From contig OX597823.1 in the NCBI GenBank assembly GCA_951406725.2, positions 86,614,001 through 86,678,000 of the forward strand: DNA of 64,000 nucleotides, in the 5' to 3' direction. The stretch is from Octopus vulgaris (lineage: Eukaryota). The notes beneath the pieces were generated by a model. That model searched no databases and was not told the DNA's origin. It worked only from the letters and a program-made list of their open reading frames with translations. The position numbers and the translations under genes were made by a program. Positions 42,412 through 56,832 of the stretch are shown in pieces (position 1 is the first letter of the stretch; the number at the start of each line of letters is the position of its first letter).

Positions 42412-42682
42412 TTGCGGACCCATGAAAACCAAACCTCCACTAACTATTGTTCCTAATTATCGGCGCACACTTTTCAATGCCGGATGTGCCATAAGGACTG
42501 CAAATTTAACGGAAGCCTCAAGAGACATTTTAAGAGCCACAATCATCAAAGCCTAAATGCAGCTTTTGGTGGTCCAAATCGGATATGCAATCTACGTGGG
42601 TGTGTTTCCAATACATCGTCCGGTTTAAAGAGCCACATCAGATGTCATGATGGATCTAAGGTGTAGGTACAAGGCGACCACC

Positions 42683-42685
<3 letters not shown>
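42410..42685 (+). mobile_element. LINE 3'-end remnant (RTE-like) with two C2H2-like fingers
   Basis: CHKDCKFNGSLKRHFKSH and C..SNTSSGLKSHIRCH resemble the terminal GLxSHxR finger also seen at 54060-54129. Flanked by (TA)n. Confidence 0.6.
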
Positions 42686-42713
<28 letters not shown>

Positions 42714-42945
42714 TATTATGTGAAATAGAAAGATGAATAATCTTGTAGTAGATTAATCAAAAATTTAACCGATACCTTGGTAGCAAAAATCACAGCAGTA
42801 AACAGCACGGTTGGAGGTACAACCATATGGTGTTGCAACCGTGCGTTGGTGCGGATAATTGAAATTAAAATATTATTGGTGAATTGAAGAAATGGAGCTG
42901 AACGCAGATTGAACAGAAATCGTTTTATTTCATTCTACACGTGTA

Positions 42946-43011
<66 letters not shown>

Positions 43012-43029
43012 ATTAAATATCCAGCCCGA

Positions 43030-43220
43030 GCCTTAGGTCATAAAGCCGGTTTCTCGGATTCTCTGGCATATTTATTACATCCACTAGACACGACGCTGGT
43101 TCATCGCAAGGACTGCGGCAACGTGAAATTAAGTATCTTGCTCAAGAACACAACGCCTCACCTGATTGACGAATCGAATCCACAGTCATGAATGCCGAAG
43201 ACGAAGCCACGAACCTGCAC
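43030..43220 (-). mobile_element. SINE: C-type head + tail X, diverged
   Basis: cttgctcaagaacacaacgcc (C core) joined to cataaagccggtttctcgg (tail as in 61140-61230). Confidence 0.55.
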
Positions 43221-43260
43221 ATACGCACAGACACACACACACATACACGTATATATACAT

Positions 43261-43304
<44 letters not shown>

Positions 43305-44579
43305 TCATACACATCTACCTACGTACATACATGCATACATACATACATACAGACCTACATACACACATACAAACACATACATGTGTCCCCGAAAATGTAT
43401 TTCCAGATGTATTAAGGATACAGTTACCAATATACACCCAAATCACAGCCAAAGCAATTTGTGATCCTCATCACCACCAGCACCACTCCAAAAATTGTAG
43501 GCTCCCTAGGGCGAAAAAAACCCCTCATTAGTAAAATCAAATGAATGAATTTTAGCAGATAATGAAGAAAGTTAGAGAACTAGGAACAACTTCATCGAAA
43601 ATTGTCAAAGTTAAGCCTGTAAAAGATATCTTCAGAGAGTATGAAAACTTTTATATAATATAAAAGGGTCGATTGAAAAGGCGGGACTACTCAGAATATA
43701 AAAGGACCCTAGATTTTTCTACATATTAATTAAATAACTGAGCTTCTCTGTTTTGCTCATTGAACGAGTAATTGAAGAGAACACCAGTTTTCATATCAGT
43801 TTCAAATTTTAGCATAAGGCCAGGAATTTCGTGGGAGGACGAAAGTAGATTGTATCGACTCCAATGATGAAGTGGTACTTTTTTATCGACAACGAAAGGA
43901 TGAAAGGTAAAGTCTACCTCGGCGAAATTTCAACTCAGAAAATGAAAACAGACTTAATGTCGCTAATTTTGCCCTGAGTGCTAACGATTCTGCTAGCTCA
44001 CGAAGAATTCTTTCTAATTTTGGTACAAGATCAGCGGTTTTGATGGAAGGGGCAAATTGCTACCATCGATCTCCCGACTTGATTGGTTGTGTATTATATC
44101 GTGAACGGGGGTGGGAGTTGAAAAAGCTAATTTTTCCACTTTAGAATTTGAACTTAGAACGTAAACACTGACGAACTGAAGCTAAGCATTTTGCCGGTTC
44201 GTCGCGTTGACACAACTTTTCTTGATAGCGAAATAACTTCAGGAGATAATACGTATAACGTATTTCATCTTTAATGATGTCCTTAATCTGATTCAAGGAA
44301 GATCAGCGAAGAAGCTCGTCAACGTTTTGCCCAGTTCATAACTTTAAACATTCCGAAATGTCTAGGCAGTGATAAATTAACTCAAGCATTTCGCTACATC
44401 GTGTCCTGATAAATTCCTTTCTATTGCCATAAAGTCGCACAAACAGCGTCATAATATATTCTAGGTAATTTGTATCGAAAAACAATAGTGAAGATCATAG
44501 CCTAACAAAATTGCACCAATTTATTCCACTGGTCTCCTCAACAACCCGTTGTAATGAGTGTATACATAATATAAATAAA

Positions 44580-44810
44580 AAAACCTTTCGAAGTCATATA
44601 AACACATAGGGCCGGTTTCCGTGGTGTATATATTGGTTCCCACTGGCCAGGAACCAATTCCGTCGCAGTATAACTCATGTTTGCCAACAGAGTGGACTGT
44701 AGAACTTTGAAATGAAGTGTTTTGGTCAAGAACACAACGCATCGCCCGGTCCAGGAGTCAAGGCCACAATCTTATGAGTATAACACCCTAACCACAAAGA
44801 CACGTGCCAC
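44580..44810 (-). mobile_element. SINE: C-type head/core + tail X
   Basis: aactcatgtttgccaacagagtggactgtagaac...caagaacacaacgc matches the family C core; catagggccggtttccgtgg matches tail X. Confidence 0.65.
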
Positions 44811-45910
44811 CAGTGAGTGTATAGTTGTATGAATATAAAGTATTGTGAATTCTACATGAACACATGATATACATTTGAACTTTTATCCTGTCCGCTTGGC
44901 CCAAAATAATGTCAATGTGCAGGGCATTAATGTGACCATAGTTAAACATATACTAGTTAGTAGAATTAAATTCAAATATTTTTTGACGTTAACAATGCGT
45001 TTAGCAAACTAAAATAGTTTCACTGTTTGCCAGAGATGCCTGTCTACGAAATCTGGAACTGAAAGCCAGGACACGATATTCTGCAACGCTAAAAGACGAC
45101 CTGCCGAAGATATTAAGGCCTATGTTTTCAACACCACAATTACGTGAATTATATACTTTTAAATATTTTTCATAGGTCCGAGGAATCATAAGCTTGTCTA
45201 CATTGTTTCCATGGCGTATGAACGATCAAGGTCATATCGTCCTTCCTGAATGAGACGCGGTTCAGTTGTAGGATCTAAGGCCAGCACTTACATCGATCGC
45301 CATCAACCCAAAAATGTATGATAGACAAAGTTGATCTCCGTGGAATTTGGGATCAGAACATAAAGCGACAGAAGAAATACTGCTGAGCGGTTTGTCCGGC
45401 GTGTTAACAATTAAACCAGCTCGCTGCATGTACAATTACGACAGTTGTGCAAATACAAGGATTCTCACACGCACACACAAACATACTCATGTACTCACTT
45501 CAATCACAAGGTATTGGTCTGATTGGGTTAATGATAGGACACACTTAGACAAGGTGCCATTCAGTGAAACTAAACCTGGAACCAAGGCATTCCAGAACTA
45601 GTTAACGACAAAGCCTTGCCTGCACTTAGTCGACACACAAAAACATCATTTAACGTACGTTTTCCCATTTTTCCATGTGGCATAACATACACAGGCATCC
45701 CAATTTTCAAAAAGAAGAAAACACGTGTTCAGTGTCTACCGATTACTTAGACTCAAGGCGCATTATAAAACCTGCCTAGCTACGTGTCTTAGTGACAAGA
45801 AATTATCAGTAGCTCTTAATTTAATACAATGTTCATTAAATGATATTTATATCTCACTGGAAGAAGTACATGTTTGTTGGTCTTACATTAACGGAACAGT
45901 ATATACATAT

Positions 45911-46079
<169 letters not shown>

Positions 46080-46165
46080 CATTATTTTATTTATTAGGGA
46101 ATAAAAATTCCGGCGTCACAGGGATTCAAATAAAATGAATTATTCTCGATAGGGAAATATAAGTC

Positions 46166-46339
46166 ATTTAGATATAGAAGTCCCCATGCAATTCCTCAAA
46201 TCCTAATATACATCACACCATATCATAGAATTTTATTTTAATACTTACTAATTAGTTCTAAAACTAGAACTGATTAGTAAGTATTAAAATAAAATTCTAT
46301 ATGATGTGATGAATTGCATGGGGACTTCTCTGTCTAAAT
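46166..46339. repeat. Long palindrome / fold-back
   Basis: Inner arms 46225-46260 / 46265-46300 (35/36 match, 4-nt loop aaac); outer arms 46166-46194 / 46311-46339 (27/29). Confidence 0.9.
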
Positions 46340-46353
46340 ACTATATATGTATG

Positions 46354-46395
<42 letters not shown>

Positions 46396-46844
46396 CATAC
46401 ATGCATACATATGTACACGCATACATATGTATGTGTGTGTGTGCATATTTATAGCTATATATTTGTTGTTGTGTTGTTTGTTTTGTTACCCTTTCTGTCG
46501 TTAATATATTTCCTTGTCATTTGCAGATATATTCTACTGTCCGTATCCTTTGTCATCCGTTCTATAATTCCGAATTCACTAGAAATTCGTTGAAGGGTGC
46601 TTGTCACGCGATTTCACAAAGCACACCAGAATCATATAAAATTAGGAAGTTTATATGAAGAACAGCGAATATAAACAAGCAAAGCAAATAGATAACTAAA
46701 TATATATGAAAAAACAAGTGAATGGGTCCGAAATAAAGAAATGAGGCTATTGCTGTTGTTTATGTCGTTTAATGATGACGTTGCATTTAATGGTAATGAT
46801 GGGGAGGGACAGTGTGAAGAGAGAATTTTCATATAAATGTGAAA

Positions 46845-46913
46845 AGAATAATAATAAAGATAATAAAAAAAATAATAATAATAATAACAACAACAACAAC
46901 AACAATAATAATG

Positions 46914-46950
<37 letters not shown>

Positions 46951-47003
46951 TGATGATAATAATAATGATAATAATAATAATAATAATAATGATAATAATA
47001 ATA

Positions 47004-47035
<32 letters not shown>
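46845..47035. repeat. (AAT)n/(AAC)n/(GAT)n microsatellite
   Basis: Directly visible. Confidence 0.95.
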
Positions 47036-47271
47036 GTTGTGTTTTAAATTTTATATTTTCAGTTAAACCTCTCAAAGAGGATGAAACTTCTAATGGAGAA
47101 AAGTATATACAGAAGTAGGAATAATAATTGAATATATGTAAACATACACACATACAAGTAAACATAAATATATGCGTACACACGCGTGTTTGTGTATGCA
47201 TGTATGTATGTAACATGGGTATATATATGTATTTTATATGCACATGCATATATATCTTTACGTATATATGC

Positions 47272-47359
<88 letters not shown>

Positions 47360-47387
47360 CATATATATATGCGTATATATGAATCTA

Positions 47388-47474
<87 letters not shown>

Positions 47475-47777
47475 TATGCATATACTTTTGTATATATATA
47501 TATATATATATACATATATATACGAATGCACATACACACACGCACACATACATGAAGTTATTCACCTTATAGATGCATTCGTCTATACACACATGCAGTG
47601 TATATATTTAAGGAGCTTTTACTAGGGAAAGTTTGGCAGAGACCTCGAACTTTCGGTTTCACATATGTGCGTGCACGCGAGTGTGTCCGTGCGTGTGTGT
47701 GTGTTCTCAATTGTATCAATGTGCGCATGTTTTTATATGTATCTAAGCATGCAAGCATAAATGTATAAATGTGTGTA

Positions 47778-48201
47778 TACTCTTTTACTCTTTTACTTGT
47801 TTCAGTCATTTGACTGTGGCCATGCTGGAGCACCGCCTTTAGACAAGCAAATCGACCCCAGATTAAGTACTAGCCTTCTTTGTAAGCCAAGTACTTAATC
47901 TATCATACTCTTTTGCCGAACCGCTAAGTTACGGGGACGCAAACAGAGCACCATCGGTTGTCAAGCGATGTTGGTAGGGGGGGGGGACAAGCTCAGACAC
48001 AAACATATACACACATATACATACATATATATATGCACATATATACGAAGGGCTTCTTTCAGTTTCCATCTACCAAATCCACTCACAAGGCTTTGGTCGG
48101 CCTGGGGCTATAGCAGAAGACTCTTGCCCAAGGTGGCACGTAGTGGGACTGAACCCGGAACCATGTGGTTGGTAAGCAAGCTATTTACCACACCACCACT
48201 C
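47778..48201 (-). mobile_element. SINE family A, near full length
   Basis: Tail tactcttttactcttttacttgtttcagtcatttgactg through head ggaaccatgtggttggtaagcaagc. Confidence 0.9.
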
Positions 48202-48743
48202 GTAGTTATACTTGTAGTTGTGTATGTATGTATGTATGCATGTGTGTGTATGTATATACGTGAGTGGTTTGTGTGCATATGCTTACATGTGCTTCGGACA
48301 CAATATCTGTAACATTTACTATGACTGAGTTTTTTTATATTTATCGTGTCCGGCCTTACCTTGCCTTGTATGGCTTTGTCTTTCAACCTTCAGAGATCAA
48401 TGAAGTAAAGAATCATGCTAATTATGATAATTATGCTGTCACAACTTCGAAGTTTAGTTTTGTTTGATGCTATGGCGTATATAGGTTAAGATCGTCTTTG
48501 TGAAAGAGAGCATCGAAAAAGATATGCGAAAGATAAGCAAATTTCGTGCTACACGAGAGTACGCACACATACTTCAATACTAGTGACGTCCGAAAATAAA
48601 ACCCAGCACCCGTCGTCCATGATAACTTACAACATCACCATGTTGCTAATGTTGTGTTTAGTTGAAACTCTTCCAATTCATGAGTAAACGGCAGAACGCA
48701 GTGAGGCATTGAACAGTCCAATTACAACATTAAACTACGTAGG

Positions 48744-49330
48744 AAGGCGGGGAGCTGGCAGAAACGTTAGCACGCCGGGTGAAATGCTTAACAGTATTTC
48801 GTCTATCTTTACGTTCTGAGTTCAAATTCTGCCGAGGTCGACTTTGTCTTTCATCCTTTCGGGGTCGATTAAATAAGTACCAATTACGCACTGGGGTCGA
48901 TATAATCGACTAAATCCGTTTGTCTGTCCTTGTTTGTCCTCTCTGTGTTTAGCCCCTTGTGGGTAGTAAAGAAATAGGTAATTACGTCTGCCGCTACGTT
49001 CTGAGTTCAAATTCTGCAGTGGTCGACTTTGTCTTTCATCATTTCGGGGTCGATAAATTAAGTACCAGTTACGCACTGGGGCGATACAATCGACTTAATC
49101 CGTTTGTCTGTCCTTGTGTGTCCACTCTATGTTTAGCCCCCTGTGGGTAGTAAAGAAATAGGTATTTCGTCTGTCTTTATGTTTTGAGTTCAAATTCCAC
49201 CGATGTCGACTTTGCTTCTCATCCTTTTGGAGTCAATAAATTACGTACCAGTTGTGCACTGAGTTCGATCTAATCGACTGGCCCCCTCCCAAATAATTTC
49301 GGGACTTGTGCCTAGAGCGGAAAAGAATAT
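48744..49330 (+). mobile_element. SINE family B trimer (head-[core-tail1]x2-core-tail2)
   Basis: Units restart at about 48977 and 49161 (~184-bp period); the final unit ends with tail2 (cttgtgcctagagcggaaaagaatat). Confidence 0.9.
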
Positions 49331-49850
49331 CAAAATACGTGCACTTTTAGTTTCAGACCGCTTTAGGCAAACTTGACTTATTCGAAACTCACGGCACTCT
49401 CATCCAAATGCTGTTGTGCTTCCACTAATAAGGAGGTCTTTCTACTATCGTAGCTTTTTTCCATGAATTGCAAGGCATTAGAGCTCACATCTGTCTCTTT
49501 CTTATGACCTGACCTCTTTCAAGTGTAAAATAAATTCATTTCTTACACCTTTATTTCTCCTTCATCATAGTCCGCAACAGTAAGTAGTTTTCCACCTTTT
49601 ACAGAACTTTCAATTAAAACAAAAACGAAGAAGAAATATTACATTTCTAAACATCTCAGAGAGATAGAAGCAGTAGTGGTACGCTGGAGTAGTTTTATAC
49701 TGTCAACGTAATGTGACAGTCCCATGAATGGAATCACACCACTGCTATTTAGCCCTAGGAAGCATCAACGCTTCCTGTCAGCCTTGAGAATTTCCTGTGT
49801 CCTTATGTTTAAAAGGGGGAGACAAGCACCACCACCTAGCTAAGCCTGCA

Positions 49851-49892
49851 TCTAGAGACTAGTTTCTGAGTCTTGCTCGTCATCAGTCTGGA
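49851..49892 (-). ncRNA. Minimal type I hammerhead motif with canonical core and GUC site
   Basis: uccaga-CUGAUGA-cGAG-caaga-CUCa-GAAAC-UA-GUC-ucuaga; stem III palindrome ACUAGU; stem I 5/6 pairs. Confidence 0.7.
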
Positions 49893-50675
49893 GTAGCATG
49901 GCCTGCTAGTTGGAGATGCTTGTCTAGGCCTTGCAAACATAGTTACCTATAATAATTCTAGCGAAATAAATCCACTGATTACAAAAATAGAAATATTACG
50001 TTTCTAAATATCTGAGAGAGATATAAGCAGTTATGGTACAAAGTAACTCTACAATTAAGCCGTGTGGCGTCCTTTAAAACTTAGTTATGATTGTGTTTGG
50101 TACATCCTGACTTCTCTTATGTACATAGGTATTAATATGTGTGTGAGTGTCTCTCTCTATATATAGAGACATACGTTGATAGAGAGAAAAATAAAAAGGC
50201 AGATCTGGTATATGCACAAGAGTTAATAGGTGATTGTGATTATATGGGTTCATATACACACACATAACATACACACATGCGTGCATACGTACCTATCGCA
50301 CACACACATATTTGTGATACTGGAGTGTTTGGTGGGAGATGCAACTGTGTGAACTTTAACTATATGCGTAAAAGGAGATATAGCTAAGAAAGAGCTTCGA
50401 ATGCAATTTATAAAACCGAACCTACACGAAATATAGATTTCTTGAAAAGAGATATTAAGACGGGGAAATTGGGACAAATAAAAGATTCTAAACATAAACA
50501 TACATAGACACACACACACACGCACACACACACACACGTATACACGTATGTATATAAGTACACATATATATATGCGTGTGTGTATGTAAGTAGATATACA
50601 CACATACGCACACATACGCACACACATATAAATATATATATATATATATATATGTATACCTCAATAGATAAAGAA

Positions 50676-50711
<36 letters not shown>

Positions 50712-50823
50712 AGGCATGTATGTATGCAAACATAGTTACCTATATACACAGATATAAATACACATATATAATTGTACGTAAGCATGTGCATATCCATGTA
50801 TTATCCATACATACACACATAAG

Positions 50824-50863
<40 letters not shown>

Positions 50864-51368
50864 ATATAGTGTGCGTATGTGTGAGAGTGTGTATGATGGC
50901 AAGCACATGGAAAGAAACGGATGTTAGTGGAACAGTGGCATCGGAGATGAACAGAAATTTATGCATGCTACAGGTAGTTAAACTGAAAGACAAAATTTAA
51001 AAGAAAGATCGAGAAGATAAATATTTGTGAAAACTTAACAAAAGATGATATAAAGATTGAATTATCTTGTTAAGAATAGAGATTGAATCCAATGAAAGAG
51101 AATAATCGAAGTAATTGATGGAATAAAATTGGAATGATCTTTCAGTGTGACGATACATAATGGAATGAATATCCAGGAAGGTACGTAAGCTTGAATAGAC
51201 AATTTAAAATGTTGATGGATTCAAGATAAACGATTATTCTAAAATGTTTTTCCCGAGAAACGTAAACATGTCCTTACATTCAAAATATACTCAACAAATT
51301 CCTGAGCGCTTTTCTGTCTGCCTGTCTGTTTGTCTATCTATCTATTATATCTATCTATCTATCTATTA

Positions 51369-51448
<80 letters not shown>

Positions 51449-51523
51449 ACTCTTCTCTCTCCCTCAATATGCAAATATATATATGCATATATGTATTTGT
51501 ACATACATACATACATATGTATG

Positions 51524-51562
<39 letters not shown>

Positions 51563-52942
51563 TTACACACAAACTCATGCGCGCACGCATGTAAATTTAT
51601 ATATCATTTTTTTGCTTATTTAAGTTATCGGACTGCAGCCATGATGGGGTAATGTCTGAGGACATTAGTTGAAAGAACCGCAGTACTTATTTCTTCAAGG
51701 CCTGGTATTTATGGTATCGATTACTTTTTGTCGATCTGCTATATTACTCGGACATAAACAATCCAATATTTGTTAACGATTTTTTTTTGTATTTTTTTTT
51801 TGTAGGTAGGGTAGGGGAAACACAAAGACAAACATAAATATTCACATATATACACGAGGGGCTTCTTTCACTTTCCATGCACCGAATTCACTCTCAAAGC
51901 CTTTCCGAGGATGCTATACAGTGCAACGGAGCCTGGAACCATGTGGTCAGGAGCGAAATTTTGCCCACCCAATGGAATATTTAATAATTACTCTGAAAAT
52001 ATTGTCACTCGCTTTTCTCACCATGAAAGTTAATTTCAATTTAAGAGCTTAGATTTGAAAAGAGGCACAGATAAGAACACGCCATATTCAATAAGCGCTC
52101 AAAAACTTTGCAAATTTATTGCAATTATCTTATGTATATGTGTAGATACATTGAGCGAATTTAGATTTGCATAGCAGTATAATTCAAAGACCTATAGCTT
52201 CTAATAAATTCAAACCAAAATACCGCCAACACAGACCTACATTTTGTCGCTTAAACGGGAAAATAAATGATACGTCACTTTCTAAGTATATATGGCCAAT
52301 AACATACAAAATATCCTAGATGATATCAAACGCATAATTTTGATTTTGCCACTACTATATCAAACGAGCAATAAATTCTTCCCTATTTACACAGCATAAA
52401 CTTTCCAAATTCTGTTATCGAAACATATACTTACTGTATCACAATAAGAAAGTTGCTCACTTTCTATAGAGATTAAACCCTTTAAAATTTAAGGACATGT
52501 CTACCTATGATTCTTCTTACAGCAGCTGAAGAGAATTTCTTCCTCTAATTTCGCACTGTTGCAATTAGAAATCTCTGTCCCAGTACATAAATATTAAGGG
52601 TTCTCCAGAACGACAGACTACCTATCCATTTATATTCACATTTGTTATTTTTCCAGATCTAGGATTATATCACGTACAGATACAAATATAATTTACAGTA
52701 TATATATATACAAATAACAAAGATAAGCACACGGAGGCAAACACAGGCAAACATGCATATATATTGCTTAATTGTATATATACAGTTCTCTTGATATAAA
52801 AATATATGCGTATAATAGTTATCTACTGGATCATTGACATCCAGAGATATAAACGTAAGCAATATCGTATGAATGATTTACATTAATGTTAATATGCATA
52901 CAGTGTTAGGAATATATGTTGTTCAAAATGTGTATGTGTCTG

Positions 52943-53024
<82 letters not shown>

Positions 53025-53279
53025 AATATATATATATACATATATATATATACACACACACATATATATATATATAAGGGGGGGGCGTGTGTGTGTGTGT
53101 ATATATATCATTAGCACGCTGGGCAAAATGCTTCCCTTCGAGTTCAAGTTCCGCCGGAGTCGACTTTGCCTTTCATCCTTTCCGGGTCGATAAATATACC
53201 AGTTGAGCACTGGGATCGATGCAGTCGACTTGTACTCTCACTCACAATTACCATTCTTGTGTCAAGTTTTGAAAACTTG

Positions 53280-53910
53280 GCCTGAAATACCAAGATTGCC
53301 GTCTATGAGTCGTGCCCCTTTAGTACACTACGTTACGGCAGTGCCTCTTGTCCAGACAAGTGCGGAGTCTCAATGCCTTCTACCTTCGTCATCTGAGACG
53401 CACCGTGGATATCAAGTCGACAACCCGAGTCACCGACAGTGAAGTTCTCAACTGCCCTAAAATACCCAGCATATTCACCCGACTCCAGTAGCGTCTTCTT
53501 CGCTGGCTCGGTCTTGTACTTCGCATTCCGAACGGGAGGATTACAAAAGACCTCTTGTATAAAGAATTGCCCACTGGCACAAGAACATTAGGAAAACCTC
53601 GCTTTCAAAGATATCCGCAAGACTGATATGAAGTCAACAGATCTGGACATCCTGAGATGGGAGGAGGTCTCAAATGATCGCCCACGCTTGAGAAAAATAC
53701 TGCAAAAGGGGATGAAGAAACTGTAACTTGCCAAGGAAAACTGCACCAGAAGAACGGAAAAGCCAGTAGCACCGGCTGAGGGCTTCTTCAAATGCAGTTT
53801 CTGTGTGCGTGACTACACTCCCATGTGGGGGATTCTGCAACCAGAGCGAATGCTGCCCCACAGTGACTGTCTCAAATTCTCCACGTGCACATCTGTGATC
53901 TGTTGAAACC
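53280..53910 (+). mobile_element. RTE-clade LINE 3' remnant
   Basis: Frameshifted VTDSEVLNCPKIPSIFTRLQ*RLLRWLGLVLRIPNGRITKDLLYKELPTGTR. Confidence 0.8.
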
Positions 53911-54029
53911 TTCCTTCCTTACATACGTACATACATAGATATATACAAAATGCATACATACATGCATACATAAGTGATGATTGCTCCGTGTTTTCAGATG
54001 ACAGCTGTCCCACCAACACACAAACCACA

Positions 54030-54800
54030 CCCTATCACACAGCACAATCATCCCGTTGATGAGCCTCAGATGACTTTTAAGACCAGCTGCTGACTTACAG
54101 GGCTTAAAACAATAGTGACAGATATTCAAGTTTCTTCTACATCATTACCCTTTGGAATCTGATTCTGAAGGAATATTTGTGTATACTAATATACGTCTTT
54201 TAAGTCCAGGTATTGTCTTACAAGTTTTGTGAACAAGTCGTAAGAAGCGGTTGGTATTCGAGGTTATTATCTACCTGGGCATTTCTATTTTCATGTGACG
54301 TCATATGATTCACGTATCCTGCTTTTCACAACAGAACACAATCACACATAATACATATCCAGTATTCAGTGTTGATTTCAGTTCCAATAGTTCCTTTCCA
54401 AAAGGCCATTTTAAGCTCAGAACACTGAATCATCTTCTCCTCCCAGGCTTTGCAACCTGTCCGAACAGCACCTCTCCACTTGTTCCGCTCTAGAACATCA
54501 CTTTCCCAATCGCTTTCGTTCATATCTAGTTTCCTCAGGTTTTCCTTCACACAGTCTTTTTAAACCTTTTCCTCAGCTTATGTTGTGGTCGCTTGTCAGA
54601 GTTGAGCTCACCATAGAAAAGACGCTTTGGCGATCGCTCATCTTTCATTCTTATAACAGTACCAGCCCATCTCATTTCAGCCAAGATAATATGTTGCTCA
54701 ATTGAGCTGCAACGTGCCATGCGTGAACGTCTGTATCTGATATGAAACATTCCCACTTCACTCTTAAGATACGTCTGTGTGACTTTTGACGAAATCAATA
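54030..54800 (-). mobile_element. RTE-clade LINE 3' remnant
   Basis: SIEQHIILAEMRWAGTVIRMKDERSPKRLFYGEL...RKRFK, WESDVLERNKWRGAVRTG and CHYCFKPCKSAAGLKSHLR. Confidence 0.88.
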
Positions 54801-54899
54801 GATACATAGACATATATGTGTATGTATTTACGTATACATGCTCAGTAGCTCAACCTACTGCAATTAACAACCAATGCACTTCAAATCGCAAACTAGTGT

Positions 54900-55601
54900 G
54901 GCGTTTGAAAGATGGTGAAGCGAATAAAACGAAGGTAATGCGATTGTGTAAAACCTGTCTGTTATTCTACTGCTCACGGAAGAATGACATATATCCGAAC
55001 AACAACTAAAACGAATTTTTAGTTCTGAAACCATATTTACAAATGCCCCTTGGAACAGATGTAGGTGACTTGCTTTTACTGATCACTGATCGCAATATAT
55101 TCATAAGATAAATGTTAACCTGTATTACCCGAAGCATGCGAGACACATAAACACAAGTGCCAACGAACTTGTGTCTATTTACGTTCACCCTTACAATAAC
55201 ATAGCTTCATACATTTACGTCTACCGGTTTATGAAAACGAACAGTGTGAAGCTATTTACCATAATATTATATGCACGAGATATTCTGCTCAATTTCAGAA
55301 ACAAGCTTGAGTGTGGTACAACTCAAAACACTGTATTATGCATGTAAAGTATCCGCAAGTCATTGGTCTACTGCTAGTCTCATGACTTGAACGTAAACTA
55401 AAATAGCTAAGATAATACACGGGACGGCGATCGCACGCACCTCAAGAGATAAAGTAGACGATAGCGAACGTAAACATACGTCAGCCGCTAAAAAGTCCGT
55501 GATAGATGTAGGGCAGCTCTACATCGTATATTTACGTTAACCGCGGTTAGGCAAGCAAAAGTGAGATCGCATATTTGCGTCAACCGTTGTCAAGGGGTTA
55601 A
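54900..55601 (-). mobile_element. Possible piggyBac 5'-end remnant
   Basis: Minus strand begins TTAA-CCCCTTG at 55601. Downstream SPTSVPRGICKYGFR weakly resembles the Y.PxKPxKYG motif. No second terminus found. Confidence 0.3.
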
Positions 55602-56257
55602 TTTGATTTTTCTTTTATCATTGACTTCACAATGAATTTCGCTTTATACAAACAAAAATTATCTCTTAGACAACAGCAATTTTAATAAATGCATAAGGCT
55701 GTAAACACATACATATCCTAGCACAAACAAACACAAACACACACACGCGCGCGCGCACACACACACATACAAGCATATACCAACATATATATAGGTGCAT
55801 GGGTGTATGTATAATTGTATGTACCCGTATATGTATGGTGTATATCTATAAGTGACTTTTTATATTTATGTGGTTGCGAGTAAATATATATATATATATA
55901 TTTCGGGATGGTCTTTGTTTTTTTTGTCAGATAAACACCGGCATTATATATTGGTTAGTAACTCGTTTATTGTTCTATAGTATCTTATGTCCTTTGTCCG
56001 GAAATATTTCCTCTCCTATTTGTGACCTCTTCAGCGAGCTTTTCCGTCCACGTTTGTCGTTCTACTCTGCGTAATCTAGAATGGATAAGCACACCAACTT
56101 AGGCGCCCCAAAACCAGTTTTGGAGTGGTGGAGAAGGACAACCACCAACACAAAGACACACACACATACACCCATACACACACATGCACACCTACACACT
56201 CACATACACTCACGCTCACATACACACTCACACACACACGCACACACACACAAACAT

Positions 56258-56306
<49 letters not shown>

Positions 56307-56739
56307 GGAGTAAACACATAAACGTGAAACAAGGTGGAAAAAAGAGTACTCAAATACCAGTGGTAGAGTAATATGCTTTATTTTAAGCAGCAGAAAATTC
56401 AACAAAATCTGTTACTCTGAGTTTCTCGTTGCCGGAACTGAACCCAGAACAATCTGACTGGAAATCAAACTTCATACCACAGTAACTCCTACGTGTATTT
56501 TCACACAGCCACGCCTCATTCGATATATTTCATATGAATACCTTATGCATGTATATATTTTTACATTTCACATATATGCGTGTATATATATATGTATGTA
56601 TATATATATACATATATATACACACAAACAGACACGCAAACACACACAAACATATATATGTGTATGTGTATGTGTGCGTGTGTGTAAATGAATATGTTTC
56701 TATTTTCATACTCTGAAATAAGAAATATATCTCCGATTG

Positions 56740-56770
<31 letters not shown>

Positions 56771-56774
56771 TTGT

Positions 56775-56832
<58 letters not shown>

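Noticed and set aside
42484-42666. C2H2 zinc-finger host gene exon
   Set aside because: Imperfect fingers resembling LINE C-terminal fingers, bounded by (TA)n; a host exon is not fully excluded.
55900-56075. Minus-strand CTGAAGA-GGTC possible hammerhead
   Set aside because: Cannot close stem II next to GAAA or draw stems I and III.
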